DNA of 64,000 nt from Squalus acanthias (Eukaryota): contig CM059425.1 of the NCBI GenBank assembly GCA_030390025.1, positions 168,952,001-169,016,000 of the forward strand, written 5' to 3'. The notes beneath the pieces were generated by a model, which had not been told where the DNA came from, ran no database searches, and saw nothing but the letters and a program-made list of their open reading frames with translations. Position 1 is the stretch's first letter; each line of letters starts with the position of its first letter. The position numbers and the translations under genes were made by a program. Shown here in pieces: positions 24,108 to 37,660 of this stretch.

Positions 24108-27100
24108 ATAGGGAGCTAGGAAAGAGATTAAAAAGCAGGACCTCAAAGGTAGTAATCTCCAGATTACTCCTGGTGCCACGTGCTTGTGAGTACAGGAATA
24201 GGGGGATAGAACAGATGAATGCGTGGCTGGAGAGATGGTGCAGGAGGGAGGGCTTTAGATTCCTGAGGCATTGGGACCGTTTCTGGGGAAGGTGGGACCT
24301 GTACAAGCCTGACTGGTTACACCTCAACAGAGCCAGGACCAATATTCTCGCGGAGAGGTTTGCTAGTGCTGTTGGGGAGGGTTTAAACTAACTTGGCAGT
24401 GGGGATGGGCACCAGCATGTAGGAGTGGAGGGGAGGAATGGGGTGAATGGAAGACTGAGTGTGTTGGATGGTACTGGAGGGGAAAGTAGTACTAGAGGCG
24501 GAAGTAGTACCACATTAGATAGGAGCAGACTAAGCAAGACTACGAAAAATTCAAAAATGGGTTTAGAATGCATGTACGTAAACGCACAAAGTGTGGTGAA
24601 TAAGGTTGGTGAGCTACAAGCACAATTAGCCGTGTGGCAATATGATGTGGCAATAATGGAAACGTGGCTTAAGAACGGTGAGGACTGGGCATTTAATATT
24701 CAAGAGTACAAGGTGTTCAGAAAAGATAGGGAAGGAAAAAAGGGAGGTGGGGTGGCAGTGCTGATTAAGGAAGACATTGTAGTGTTGGAAAAGGAGGATG
24801 TTCTTGAGGGGACAAGGATAGAATCCATTTGGTTAGAGTTGAGGAGCAAAAAGGGTATGATCATGCTATTGGGGGTATTCTACAGGCCTCCAAATAGTGA
24901 GAGGGAGGTAGAGGGGCAAATCTGCAGGGAAATCGCTGAGATATGCGAAAGCTATAGAGTGCTGATATTGGGAGACTTTAATTACCCAAATATCCATTGG
25001 GATAATGCTAGGGTAAAGGGAAAGGAGGGGGAGGAATTTCTGAAATGTGTTCAGGAGAATTTCCTTGACCAGTATGTTCTTGGCCCAACTGGGAAGGAGG
25101 CATTGCTGGATCTGGTGCTGGGGAATGATGTGGGCCAAGTCGACCAAGTGTTTGTGGGAGAACACTTGGGTACGAGTGATCATTGTAGCATAAAATTTAG
25201 ATTAGCAATGGAGAGGAGCAAGGAACAATCTAGAGTGGAACTTCTAAATTGGAATAGGGCTAACTTCAATGGGATGCGAAAGGATCTAGCCAGGGTAAAA
25301 TGGAACCCAAGACTGACAGGAAAAACTGTAACGGAACAATGGGTGATCTTTAAGGAGGAGATGTTCCAAGTACAGACTAGGTACATTCCAACAAGAGGGA
25401 AGGGTAAGGGAACCAAAGCAAGGGCTCCTTGGATGACGAGGGAGATTGAGAAGATGATGAATCAAAAAAAGAGGGTGTATGATGAATGTCAGGTAAATTC
25501 TTCAAGGGAGAACCAGACCAAATACAATAAGTTGAGAGGGGAAGTGAAGATGAAAATAACATTGGCAAAGAGAGAATATGAGAGTTGAATGGCGGTTAAT
25601 ATAAAAGGGAAACCAAAAATCTTCTACAGTAAGCCGGTAGTAAGAGGCGGGGTGGGGCCTATTCGGGACAAAGAAGGTGATGTATGCTTAGAGGCGCAGG
25701 GCAAGGCTAGAATAGTCAGAGTACTTTGTATCGGTGTTTACTAAGGAGGTGGATGCTGACAAAATATTGGTAGAAGCAATGGAAGGGGTGAAAATTGATG
25801 GACAGGATTTACTAGAAAGACTGTGTATGCTTGGAGTGGATAAGTCGCCTGGTCCAGATGGCTTGCATCCCAGGTTGCTAAGGGAATTGGGGGAGGAGAT
25901 AGCAGAAGGGCTTGCCATAATTTTCCAATCTTCCCTTGATGCCGGGGAGGTGCCTGAGGATTGGAAAGTTGCAAATGTGACACCATTGTTCAAGAAAGGG
26001 TGTAAGGACAATCCTAGTAACGACAGGCCGGTCAGTTTAACGTCAGTGGTGGGTAACGTTTTAGAAACAATATTCAAGGAAAAGATTAACGGGCACTTGG
26101 AGAGGTTTAAGCTAATTAAGGAAAGCCAACACGGATTTGTAAAAGGCAGATAGTGTTTGACTAATCTAATTGAATTTTTTGATGAAGTAACAGGGAGGAT
26201 TGATGAAGGGAATGCAATGGATGTTGTCTACATGGATTAACAGAAGGTGTTTGACAAAGTACCACATAGAAGGCTGGTTAACAAAATTGAGGTTCATGGA
26301 ATAGGTGGGTCAGTGGCAGCTTGGATAAGGAATTGGCTTCAGGACAGAAAACAGCGAGTTGTGGTAAATGGCTGTTTTTCAGACTGGAGGATGGTAGACA
26401 GTGGTGTTCCCCAAGGGTCAGTGCTGGGGCCACTGCTTTTTTTGATGCATATAAATGACCTGGATATTGGAATACAGAGTAGAATTTCTAAATTTGCCGA
26501 TGACGCCAGACTTGGGGGTGTGGCAAACAGTGAGGATGATACCAATCGACTGCAACAGGACATAGAAAGACTAGCAGAATGGGCAGACAAGTGACAGATG
26601 GAATTTAATAGAGAAGTGTGAGGTGATGCTTTTTGGCAGAAGGAGCAGGGAGAGGCAATATACACTTAATGGCACAGTTTTAAAGAGTGTACAGAGACAG
26701 AAGGACCTGGGAGTTAATGTGCATAGGTCCCTGAAGGTGGCGGGACATATTGAGAGAGTAGTTAGCAAAGCATATGGGATCTTGGGCTTCATCAGAATTC
26801 ACAATTTAAACACAGACAAAATCTATTCAAATCTTTCCCTACATCAAAGACACACTAAGAGTACAGCCAAGACAATGAGATGTGTCCCAGGGGGTCCAAC
26901 GTGTCAAACCACCTGCTGGCTGCTGTAAGCGTTCTCCAAGGCGGCCTTCGGGATACACGACAGCGCAAAATCATAGAGCAGAAACTGATAGCCAAGTTCC
27001 GCACTCATGAGGATGGCCTCAATCGCGATATCGGGTTCATGTCACGATACAGAACGTGACTTGACATCATGGCCGGTCTTCCCAGGTGTTTTTTTTTTAA

Positions 27101-27884
27101 AAAAGACTAACACAAGAACCAACACAAATTGACAGGATATGCAGCCAGCAGGTGGTTTGACACGTTTGACCCCCTGGGACACATCTCATTGTCTTGGCTG
27201 TACTCTTAGTGTGTCTTTGATGTAGGGAAAGATTTGAATAGATTTTGTCTGTGTTTAAATTGTGAATTCTGGGAGATTCTCTCACTGCTAACTTACCTGA
27301 GGAAGGATCATAAATAGAGGTATTGAGTACAAAAGTAGAGAAGTTATGCTGAACCTTTCTAAAGCGCTGGTTAGGCCAAACTGGAGTATTGCGTCCAGTT
27401 CTGGTCACCACACTTTAGGAAGGATGTGAAGGCATTTGAGAGAGTGCAGAGGAGATTTACCAGAATGGTTCCGGGGATGGCGGACTGGTTAGAGAAGCTG
27501 GATTTGTTTTCATTAGAGCAAAGGAGGTTGAGGGGTGATTTGCTAGAGGTGTACAAGATTATGACGGGTTTGGATAGGCTAGACAGGGAAAGGCTGTTCC
27601 CACTAGTTGATGGTACAAGGACTCGGGGACACAGATTTAAGGTTTTGGGCAAGAGATACGGGGGGGACGTGAGGAAAAACTTTTTTACGCAGCGAGTGTT
27701 GAGGACCTGGAACTCGCTGCCGACGGAAGTGGTGGAAGGGGAGACTGGATAGGCACTTGAGGGAAATAAACTTGCAGGGCTACAGGGATAGAGCGGGAGA
27801 ATGGGACTGACTGGATTGCTCTACAGAGAGCTGGCACGGACTCGATGGGCCGAATGGCCTCCTTCTCTGTCGTTATGACTCTGA
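24108..27884 (+). mobile_element. CR1 LINE, near full-length, same subfamily as 8900-12405, interrupted by a Penelope fragment
   Basis: 387-aa APE ORF at 24425-25588; RT motifs GVPQGSVLGP and SKFADD; same 3' tail. Confidence 0.93.
26793..27307 (+). mobile_element. Penelope-like fragment (GIY-YIG C-terminus, 3' region, inverted copy)
   Basis: 26925-27059 reads VSVLQGGLRDTRQRKIIEQKLIAKFRTHEDGLNRDIGFMSRYRT*; 131-bp inverted repeat; tcat duplicated at the junctions. Confidence 0.8.
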
Positions 27885-28264
27885 ACAGTCTGAAGCATTT
27901 TAATAGAATTTATTTGAAGAGATAACTAAATTTGTGCATTATGGCACTGGATATGATTTCAGTAGTTTTAATAATATTTCATTAATTTGGTATGTGAGGC
28001 TTGCAAGAAAGATAAAGGTGAATGAAGTTAGTAGTTACCTGGAGTTAGAATAGAAAGCAGAACATAATAAATGCATAAGGCTCTATCTGGGGCTAATGAT
28101 GCCTAGAACTCTGCTGGAGCTTGTTCTGGATCCCATGCTGTTTAAACTATTCAAAGTATGTGGAGGAGGTTATTAATAGTAATATCAATATTTGCTGATT
28201 TCACCAACCTACACAGCCAGGTGACTTGAATGGGTGAGATGTAACATGCAAAAGGATCTGAATA

Positions 28265-28680
28265 AGAAAGAAGAAAAAAACATGCATTTATATAGTGCAT
28301 TTTGGGACCTCTGGACTTCCAAAAGCACTTCACAGCAAATGAATTATTTTTGAATTGTAGTCACTGTTATAATGTAGGGAAACATGGCAGCTAATTTATG
28401 CATAGCAAGGTCACACAAACAGCAATGAAATAAATGACCAATTAATCTGTTTATTTGGTAGATGGATAAATCTTGTCCAGGGCACTGCAGAGAACTCTTC
28501 TCTTCTTCAAATAATGCCATGGAATCATTTACATCCATCTGAGGGGGCAGGGAGGGCCTTGGTTTAACGTCTCATCCAAAAGAGCACCTCTGGCAGTAGA
28601 CATTCCCTCAGACAAGTCTCGAGTGGGACTTTCAACCCACAACCTTTTTATAGAGGCGAGAATGCTACCACTAAGCCAAG
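28265..28680 (-). mobile_element. DeuSINE (SacSINE-like), near full length
   Basis: tRNA-like head (ttggcttagtggtagc...gggttgaaagtccc on -), Deu-domain-like body, L2-type tail ...tatataaatgca. Confidence 0.7.
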
Positions 28681-30209
28681 GATCCTTAATGCAATAGATG
28701 ATCCACAGCAAAAGAAACTACCCATAATTTATTCCCAAATTGTACTGAATTAACAAGCTTATTCACAGAAGCCATTAGGTTGATTGCTGTGGAACTAAAA
28801 ATGATGCATCAGTGTATTAGGGAAGAGCTCTTCTGGAGTAGGGTTTAAGGTACATTGTTGGAACAAGAGGGGACTTTACTCTGTATCTGAGCTGTGCTGT
28901 ATCTGATATAGAAATGCTTAATCAGCTATCCAAAAGTAGAAAAGTATTAATTTCTGCAGCACTGGCATTCTTCAGCTTGATGACATGTATGGTAGTGCAG
29001 GACTTGGGTAGGAATGATTAATTCCTCTCTATGCCGCTACCACCGCCCCATCACCACCTCAAATGTTCTGGTCTTCCAAGGCCAAGCACTTCTAATGGCA
29101 AGAGGTTAGGCTTTTAAGCTGCTTCATGGCTGGACACTAGGAGATAAGAGACAAGCCCGAGATTTACTCATGTATTATGTATCCTTGACCATCACCTGGG
29201 TCTCCAATTGGTGCTTTTCTCAGGCACACATTTGAAATTGGGACTTGGTGTCCTGGATGGTTGAGCCATGGCCGCAAAATTTGGCACCTTGGTGCCGGTA
29301 GTTATGGCCGTTTAAAAAAAATAAAAAATGGCTTCCGCCCACGTCCGGTGCGGCCCACGCTGTTCCCCATCTTGGTGAGGGCAGTAGCACAGGCGGTACG
29401 TGCGTGCGCCGGCAGTATGCAGAGTAGGCAGATTGGGATGTCACGCTGACTTGACGCACGACCTACCATTTTCAACATTGCCGCTCCATTCAGTGCCCTC
29501 CGAAACACAGCTGAATGTGCTTCTGTCTCCAATCTCTTATCCTGTATCTGCTTGCTTCTGGTTGTGTGGGTGTTTGTGTGTGTGTGTGTGATACATAATT
29601 ACTTTTTGCACACACACAACCAGTCTTTCATGCCTCTTACTTCAACGATCATACTTTCAGGTCCCACACATTGCTGCCTGATGTATCTCTGACATTGTTT
29701 CCCACCAGTCTATTGGATCTCTGACTTCAAGCCCCAGTCCTGCCCATTATTGGTCTATGTACCCACTGTAAAAATTAAGGAGGTGCACCTTAATATTTAA
29801 CATTAATCAATCCTGACAAGTAATTTGTTGTTAATTCCATGAGTTTTAACCATTTTTAAAGGCTTAAAATTATCAAATGCCTTCTGAAAAATCCAAGTAT
29901 ATAGTTTCTGCTGGATAGCCCTCAACCATTTAGTTATTGTCACAAAGTATTTCATGAGATCAGTGAGCCTATGGATTCTAATTTCATGCTGACTGCCATT
30001 TATGGCCTTGGTGATCTTGAAATGAGCATTAACATCCATGTAATGTTCGCAAATATTTTTTCCACTAAGGATGTTTGGCTAAATTTCTTCTATAATTTGA
30101 AAAGAAGCAGAAATCTAACTTGAGCAGACATGAAAGTGTAGCTTATGAAGAAAATCAAATTAATAGTGGCCTAGAAATTAGATAAGGCCTGAAAACGGGC
30201 AGGGGGCAC

Positions 30210-31835
30210 CAACAACAACATCAACGTGCATTTATATAGCGCCTTTTAACGTAGTAAATAGACCCAAGGCGCTTCACAGGAGTATTGTAAGACAAAAAAT
30301 TTTTGACACTGAGCCACATAAGGAGAAATTAGGGCAGGTGACCAAAAATTTGATCAAAGAGGTAGGTTTTAAGGAGCGTCTTAAAGGAGGAATGAGAGGT
30401 GGAGAGATTTAGGCAGGGAATTCCAGAGCTTAGGGCCTAGGCAACAGAAGGCACGGCCAACAATGGTTGAGCGATTTATAATCAGGGATGCTCAAGAGGG
30501 CAGAATTAGAGGAGCGCAGATATCTTGGAGGTTGGGGGGGGGGGGTGGAGGTGGGGGGGCGGCGGTTGTGGGGCTGGAGGAGATTTCAGATAGGGAGAGG
30601 CGAAGCCATGGAAGGATTTGAAAGGAAGGATGAGAATTTTGAAATCGAGACGTTGCTTAACTGGGTGCCAATGTAGGTCAGCGAGCACAGGGGTGATGGA
30701 TGAATGGGACGAGTTATGACACAGGCAGCCGAGTTTTGGATGACCTACAGATTACGTAGGGTAGAATGTGGGAGGCCAGCCAGGATTGCGTTGGAATAGT
30801 CAAGTCTAGAGGTAACAAAGGGATGGATGAGGGTTTCGGCAGCAGATGAGCTAATGCAAGGGCAGAGACGGCCTTTCTACCATCTACAAGGCACAAGTAA
30901 GGAGTGTGATGGAATACTCTCCACTTGCCTGGATGAGTGCAGCTCCAACAACACTCAAGAAGCTCGACACCATCCAGGACAAAGCAGCCAGCTTGATTGG
31001 CACCCCATCTACCACCTTAAACATTCACTCCCTCTACCACCGGCGTACCGTGGCTGCAGTGTGTACCATCTACAAGATGCACTGCAGCAACTCGCCAAGG
31101 CTTCTTCGGCAGCACCTCCCAAACCTGCGACCTCTTCCACCTAGAAGGATAAGGGCAGCAGGCACATGGGAACACCACCACCTCCAAGTTCCCCTCCAAG
31201 TCACACACCATCCTGACTTAGAAGTATATTGCCGATCCTTCATCGTCGCTGGGTCAAAATCCTGGAACTCCCTACCTAACAGCACTGTGGGAGTACCTTC
31301 ACCACACAGACTGCAGCGGTTCAAGAAGGCAGCTCACCACCATCTTCTCAAGGGCAATTAGGGATGGGCAATTAAATGCTGGCCTTGCCAGCGACGCCCA
31401 CATCCCATAAACTAATTTTTTTAAAGATGTAAATAGGCGGTCTTAGTTATGCCACAGATATGTGGTTGGAAACTCATTTCAGGGTCGGTTGCGAACAGTG
31501 TGGTTCAGCCTCAGACAGATGTTAGGGAGAGGGATGGAGTCAGTGGCTGGGGAACGGAGTTTGTGGTGGGGACCGAAAACAATGGCTTCTGCCTTCCCAA
31601 TATTTAATTGGAGAAAATTTCTGCTCATCCAGAACTGGATGTCGGACAAGCAGTCTGACAATTTAGAGACCGTGGAGGGGTTGAGAGAAGTGGTAGAGAG
31701 AGCTGGGTGTCGTCAGCGTACATGTGGAAACTGACGCTGTGTTTTCGGATGATGTCGCCAAGGGGGCAGCATGTAGCTGAGAAATAGGAGGGGGCCAAGG
31801 ATAGATTCTTGGGGGACACCAGAGGTAACGCTACG
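30210..31835 (-). mobile_element. L2 LINE 3' part (split by a Zenon-like copy)
   Basis: FHMYADDTQL, CLSDIQFWMSRNFLQLNIGK, LADLHWHPVKQRLDFKIL; tail ...gctatataaatgcacgttg. Confidence 0.88.
30872..31425 (+). mobile_element. CR1-Zenon-like LINE 3' fragment
   Basis: MEYSPLAWMSAAPTTLKKLD...SKSWNSLP; 3' UTR gggatgggcaattaaatgctggcc. Confidence 0.88.
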
Positions 31836-32296
31836 GGAAGAGAAGCACCACCCAGCACTATTTGCCTGCGCCGTTCTCAGTGGTGCAGGCAGCACACTAA
31901 ATTCGTGCTGCCTGCACATTTATGAAATGCCTTCTGAAAAATCCAAGTATATAGTTTCCACTGGATTGCAGCGCTGATCTCAGCGCTAAACACGCTGCTG
32001 ATTGGCTTCGTGTGTCCAATTCTGTTAGGTTCAGGAGATGGTTCTGTGATAGTAGGTTGGCGGTTAGGATCAGATCAGCCATGATCTTATTGAATGGCGG
32101 AGCAGGCTCGAGGGGCCAATTGGCCTACTCCTGCTCCTATTTCTTATGTTCTTATGTTAGCGCTCAAAGGCGGGGGGGTGGGGGGCAATATCGGGTGCCG
32201 TCTACTAGCCAATAAAGTTTGGCCTAGGCGCTCTCCATTACTTAAAGGGGTGGTGCTTTGTTGCAGAAGCACCTCATTGTCAGGTGAAAAGAAGCC

Positions 32297-34436
32297 ATGG
32301 CTCAACACGCTAGAGAAAGGGCGAGACATTTCTCAGATGCCGCACTGTGGGCCTTGCTCCTGGGGGTCCAACGTCGATGGGATGTCTTATACCTGTGGGA
32401 GGAAACCGGGTGCTCCGGTTTCCTCCCACAGTCCAAAAATGTGTGGGTTAGGTTGATTTGGCTATGATAAATTGACCCTTAGTGTTAGGGGGGATTAAAT
32501 ATGTGGGGTTATGGGGATAGGATGGGATATGTTAGGGGGAATTAAATACGTGGGGTTACGGGGGTAGGGTGGGATATGTGTACTGTGGGGATTAAAGCAG
32601 GGACAGGGTACTGGATTTGGATGATCAGCCATGATCGTATTGAATGGCGGAGCAGGCTCGACGGGCCGAATGGCCTACTCCTGCTCCTAGATTCTATGTT
32701 TCTATGTTTCTATGTTTATGTTTCTATACTGCATGGGAGCAAGAGGCATTCAAAGGTAATCAGCAGAAGGATCTGGGAGGAGACAGCTCAATCTGTCACA
32801 CGACAAGGGTTGTCCCCAGGACCTGGATCCAGTGCCGCAAAAAGTTCAATTACCTCACACGGCTGGTCAAGGTGAGTGTAGGCTTCAGCAAATGCCATAT
32901 CCCACCATCTGCACCACACACCTTACACACTGCTCAATGCACCACATCACTCACCTACCAACAATCTCTTGCTATATCACCACTTGTACCTCACAATCAT
33001 AGCTTCACTTCACCCTCACACACATACCACTGCTGCAACACTCACACCCACATCTCACACCTTGCACACACTGCCAGCTATTCAACCATGGCAGGCATAT
33101 CACCAAAACACATTGCACTACACTCAGTGACACACTTCCCTTTCTCTTGCAGGCCAAGGTGGTACACAGCCGTCATGAGCAACAGCAGACTGGAGGCGAC
33201 CAAGCGAGGATTGAGAACCTAACCGACCTGGAGGAATCAGTGTTGCAAATAATTGGAGGGGCTGTGACAGTCCGTGCTGAACAGAGAAGTTGAAAGCATT
33301 GCTGATGATGACGGTATGCTCATACCTAATCTTTCTTCCTACATCCCACTTCCCCCTCATCCCACAATCTCTTCTCACTTACAAGCTGCTGATGGTGTAT
33401 GCATGGATATCTTGCTTTCCCCCCCCCTCCCCTCACCACAACCCAGTCATTGTGCCTTTCTGGTTTCAGATACACAAGAACTGCCAGCAGTCCCTGAACA
33501 TGAGGATGACACTGATGGAGATGGAGGAGGAGAAGAGACACCGGCATTACATCTGACACTCGCAGACACCAGCTCAGAAAATGGCACTGTGTGGACTTTA
33601 GAGGGTACTATAGAGGCGGGATCTGCACATGGTGAGTCACCAGGCACTAGTGGGCTGCAGCCAGGTCGGGGGAAAGGGTAGCTCGGGTTCCAGCTCCCCG
33701 GAGGGCGAGTTCGCACACGAGTTCTGCTGCACAGGACTCCGATGATGACCTCGATGGGGTGGCTTTCAGAAGGAGGGTGATGGGCATGCACACTGAAATG
33801 CTAGGTTCAATGGCAAGCCTGTCAGCGAGCCTCTTGTCAGTGTCAAGGAGCATGGAGGAGTCCGACTCCAACATTGCACGTTGTTTTGTCGACCCAAATA
33901 TGCTGGTGGGTGTGACTGGCAATCTCGCAGCTTCCGTTGTAGCACAGGCAGAAGTGACCCAACATCTCACTGCTGCAGTGGAAGCTCAGACTGCTGCCAT
34001 CGTCGCTGGGTTTACAAGTGTTGAAAGGGGCTTGCAGGGTGTCGCAGCAGGCCAGCAATCTGTCCTCCAACAGATTACTAGGAATGCTGAGGTGCCATCC
34101 CAGGGGAGTGATAGTGGCTCTGTGGAGCAAGAACCTGCGGTCCTCTCTCCCAGCATTCCTACTCCCACCACTGACACTCCGCCAGTACCCTTCCTGCTGC
34201 CTGTCAGCCAGCCCGCCCAGACTGCTGCCGCCCACGCTGAGATAGTGCAGTCTACAGCTGGGCCTTCTAGGTCCAGAGCTGCTCAAGGTCGTCGTGCAAG
34301 GCCATCTGTGGTCTCCCACACCGAAAGTCAGCAGCCTGCCACCAGCCATGCTGCAGCCACTGGGAGAGCACTTCGTAGGAGCACTGGAATAGAAAAAGGC
34401 ACACGAAATACAGACACTACGGGAATGCAAAGTTGA
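32297..34436 (+). pseudogene. Harbinger Myb/SANT-like DNA-binding gene remnant (spliced)
   Basis: MAQHARERARHFSDAALWALL...; IWEETAQSV..RTWIQCRKKFNYL; donor gtgagt at 32872, acceptor ag 33151-33152, donor gtatgc at 33314, acceptor ag 33468-33469; 225-aa low-complexity C-terminal ORF. Confidence 0.75.
32405..32720 (+). mobile_element. V-SINE (HE1-like) 3' part with CR1-type tail
   Basis: V-domain gggtgctccggtttcctcccacagtccaaa...gttaggttgat; tail gatcagccatgatc...(ttctatgt)n. Confidence 0.75.
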
Positions 34437-34593
34437 CTTTGTTCTTTCGATTTGAATTTGATAAATTTAGTTTGTAATGTGTGTTTTGTGGTGACTCTCA
34501 TTTCAGCTTTGTGCCCAGGGGATGCTGTGATGTTACATGATAGAGGGATGGTATGATGTGGAAGTGGTGAGCAACGGGGATCTGGGGTTTCAT

Positions 34594-36020
34594 TCAGTGG
34601 AATCGGCGTCTGATGAGGTGCTCACGGACAGCCCGTCCGCACTGGGGATCTGCTGCCTGCCCCCTTCCCCTTCTTTCTCTTCCCCTTCCTCCTCCTGCGG
34701 TGGTCTGGAACCCCTGGTGGCAAGGGCTGCGCCCTCATGATGGCCAAGTTGTGGAGCATGCAGCAGACCACCACGAAATGGGACACCCGCTCCGGCGGGT
34801 ACTGGAGGGCTCCACCCAAGCGGTCAAGGCAGCGGAACCATTGCTTTAGCACCCCGAGGGTCTGCTCAGTGACATTACTGGTGGCAGCATGGCTGTTATT
34901 ATGAGTGCTGGCCACAAGTTTTTTTAATTTGCCAGCAAGGCCAGCATTAATTGCCCTTGAGGAGGTGGTGGTGGGCCGCCTTTTTGAACCACTGAGGGCA
35001 GTAATGAGGCCAGACTGGGTAAGGACGGCAGATTTTCTTTCCTAAAGGACATTTTGATGGGTTTTTATGATAATCCGGTAGTTTCATGGTCACCATTACT
35101 GATACTGGCTTTTTATTCCAGATTTATTTAATTAACTGAATTTTAATTCCACAGCTGCCGTGGTGGGTTTTGAACTCGCGTCTCTGGATCATTAGTCCAG
35201 GCCTCTGGATTACTAGTCCAGTAACATAACCACTATGCTACCATACCCGTAGTTGCGGAGGGGAGTCTTCAGCCAGGTGCAGAGAGAATAGCCCTTGTCT
35301 CCAAGCAGCCACGCTCGGGTTTGACTTGGTGGCTGGAAGATAGCTGGCACACCAAACTGGCGCAGGATGAAGGCATCACGACTGGTGCCAGGATAGCGGG
35401 CATTCACCATTATGATTTACTGGACATGGTCGCACAACAACTGTACATTAAGTGAGTGGTAGCCTTTGTGGTTACGGAACATCTCAGGATTGGTATACGG
35501 TGCCTGCAAAGCCATGTGACGCCCTGCACCATGGGGAAGCCCGCTAGCCTGGCAAAGCCACATGTGTGCTCCTCTCTGTTCAGAGAGAAGACAATGAAGT
35601 CCCTTTTCCTGGAGTAGAGCCTCTGTGATCTTCTGGATGAAGTGATGGACGGCGAACTGGGAGATGTCAGCTATGTCACCTGCTGCAGACTGGAAGGATC
35701 TGGTGGCACAAAAAATGAGGGCCATGGTACCTTGAGGACCACTGTGAGAGCCATCATCGCCCTGTTCTGAGGCTGCAGGTCTGGATGCAGGAGGTGGCAG
35801 AGTTCTGTAACCAGCTCCTTGGTGAAGCAGAGCCTCCTAATACACTGCTCCTGGCTTAAGTGCAGGTAGAAGTGCTCTCGGAAGACTCTAGGTGGGTAAG
35901 GCCTCCTGCTGAGAGACCCCTCCTCCTCCCTCTGCGCGCATCTTGTCCTCTTCTTTGCTGCCTCCGCTCCATCTCCCCATCATATTTGAGCATGAGGGGC
36001 ACTGCAAGTCGAGCCCCCAT
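34594..36020 (-). pseudogene. Harbinger (HARBI1-like) DDE transposase, frameshifted
   Basis: SFQSAAGDIADISQ; NHKGYHSLNVQLLCD; VNARYPG..DAFIL..LLGDKGY; EQTLGVLKQWFRCL...CCMLHN. Confidence 0.9.
34919..35248 (-). mobile_element. tRNA-headed bipartite SINE (head and tail of the Zenon-like LINE)
   Basis: A-box TAGCATAGTGG, B-box GAGTTCAAAAC; 3' part cagtggttcaaaaaggcggcccaccaccacc...aatgctggcc equals the LINE 3' end. Confidence 0.78.
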
Positions 36021-36133
36021 GAATGGGAGCAAGTGGTGTGAGCAGAACACTTTAAATGAGAAGCAAGGCGTTCTCCACTTGCAGCAACACTCCCTGTAAC
36101 CTCAGCAACTCTAAACAACTTTAGAAAGCTGTT

Positions 36134-37660
36134 TGGATACAGCAAAGGCTATGGGCCCCGATAACATCCCGGCTGTCGTGCTGAAGACTCGTGCTCCGGA
36201 ACTAGCCGCGCCTCTAGCTAAGCTGTTCCAGTACAGCTACAACACTGGCATCTACCCGGCAATGTGGAAAACTGCCCAGGTATGTCCTGTCCACAAAAAG
36301 CAGGACAAATCCAATCCGGCCAATTACCGCCCCATCAGTCTACTCTCAATCATCAGCAAAGTGCTGGAAGGTGTTGTCGACAGTGCTATCAAGCGGCACT
36401 TACTCACCAATAACCTGCTCATGATGCTCAATTTAGGTTCTGCCAGGACCACTCGGCTCCCGACCTCATTACTGCCTTGGTCCAGACATGGACAAAAGAG
36501 CTCAATTCCAGAGGAGGTGAGAGTGACTGCCCTTGACATCAAGGCAGCTTTTGACCAAGTGTGGCATCAAGGAGCCCTAGTAAAATTGAATTCAATGGGA
36601 ATTGGGGAAAAACTCACCACTGGCTGGAGTCATACCTAGCACAAAGGAAGATGGTTGTGGTGATTGGAGGTCAATCATCACAGCCCCAAGACATCGCTGC
36701 AGGAGTTCCTCCGGGCAGTGTCCTCGGCACAAGCTTCATCAATGACTTTCCCTCCATCATAAGGTCAGAAGTGGGGATGTTCGCTGATGACTGCACAGTG
36801 TTCAATTCCATTTGCAACTCCTCAGATAATGAAGCAGTCTATGCCCGCAGGCAGCAAGACCTGGACGACATTCAGGCTTGGGCTGATAAGTGGCAAGTAA
36901 CATTCGCGCCACACAAGTGCTAGGCAATGACTATCTCCAACAAGTAAGCGTCTAACCATTGCTCCTTGACATTCAATGGCTTTACCATCGCCGAATCCCC
37001 TAACATCAACATCCTGGGGGTCACCATTGACCAGAAACATAACTGGACCAGCCACATAAATATTGTGGCTACAAGAGCAGGTCAGAGGCTGGGTATTCTG
37101 CGGCGAGTGTTTTACCTCCTGACTCCCCAAAGCCTTTCCACCATCTACAAGGCACAGGTCAGAAGTGTAATGGAATACTTGCCACTTGCCTGGATGAGTG
37201 CAGCTCCAACAACACTGAAGAAGCTCGACACCATCCAGCCCGCTTGATTGACACCCCATCCACCACCTTAAACATTCACTCCCTCCACCACCGGCGCACC
37301 GTGGCTGCAGTGTGTACCATCTACAAGATGCACTGCAGCAACTCGCCAAGGCTTCTTCGACAGCACCTCCCAAACCTACGACCTCTACCACCTGGAAGGA
37401 CAAGGGCAGCAGGCGCATCGGAACACCATCACCTCCAAGTCACACACCATCCTGACTTGGAAATATATCGCCATTCCTTCATCGTCGCTTGGTCAAAATC
37501 CTGGAACTTCCTCCCTAACAGCACTATGGGAGTACCTTCACCACATGGACTGCAGTGGTTCAAGAAGGTGGCTCACCATCACCTTTTCAAGGGCGATTAC
37601 GGATGGGCAATAAATGCTGGCCGTGCCATCGACGCCCACATCCCAGGAATGAATAAAACA
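36134..37660 (+). mobile_element. CR1-Zenon-like LINE, 5'-truncated
   Basis: KAMGPDNIP...ALDIKAAFDQVWH...FADD...WADKWQVTF; 3' UTR ending gaatgaataaaa. Confidence 0.88.

Noticed and set aside
26787..26795. Minus-strand CTGATGAAG at the CR1/Penelope junction
   Set aside because: Created by the junction; no GAAA or stems follow
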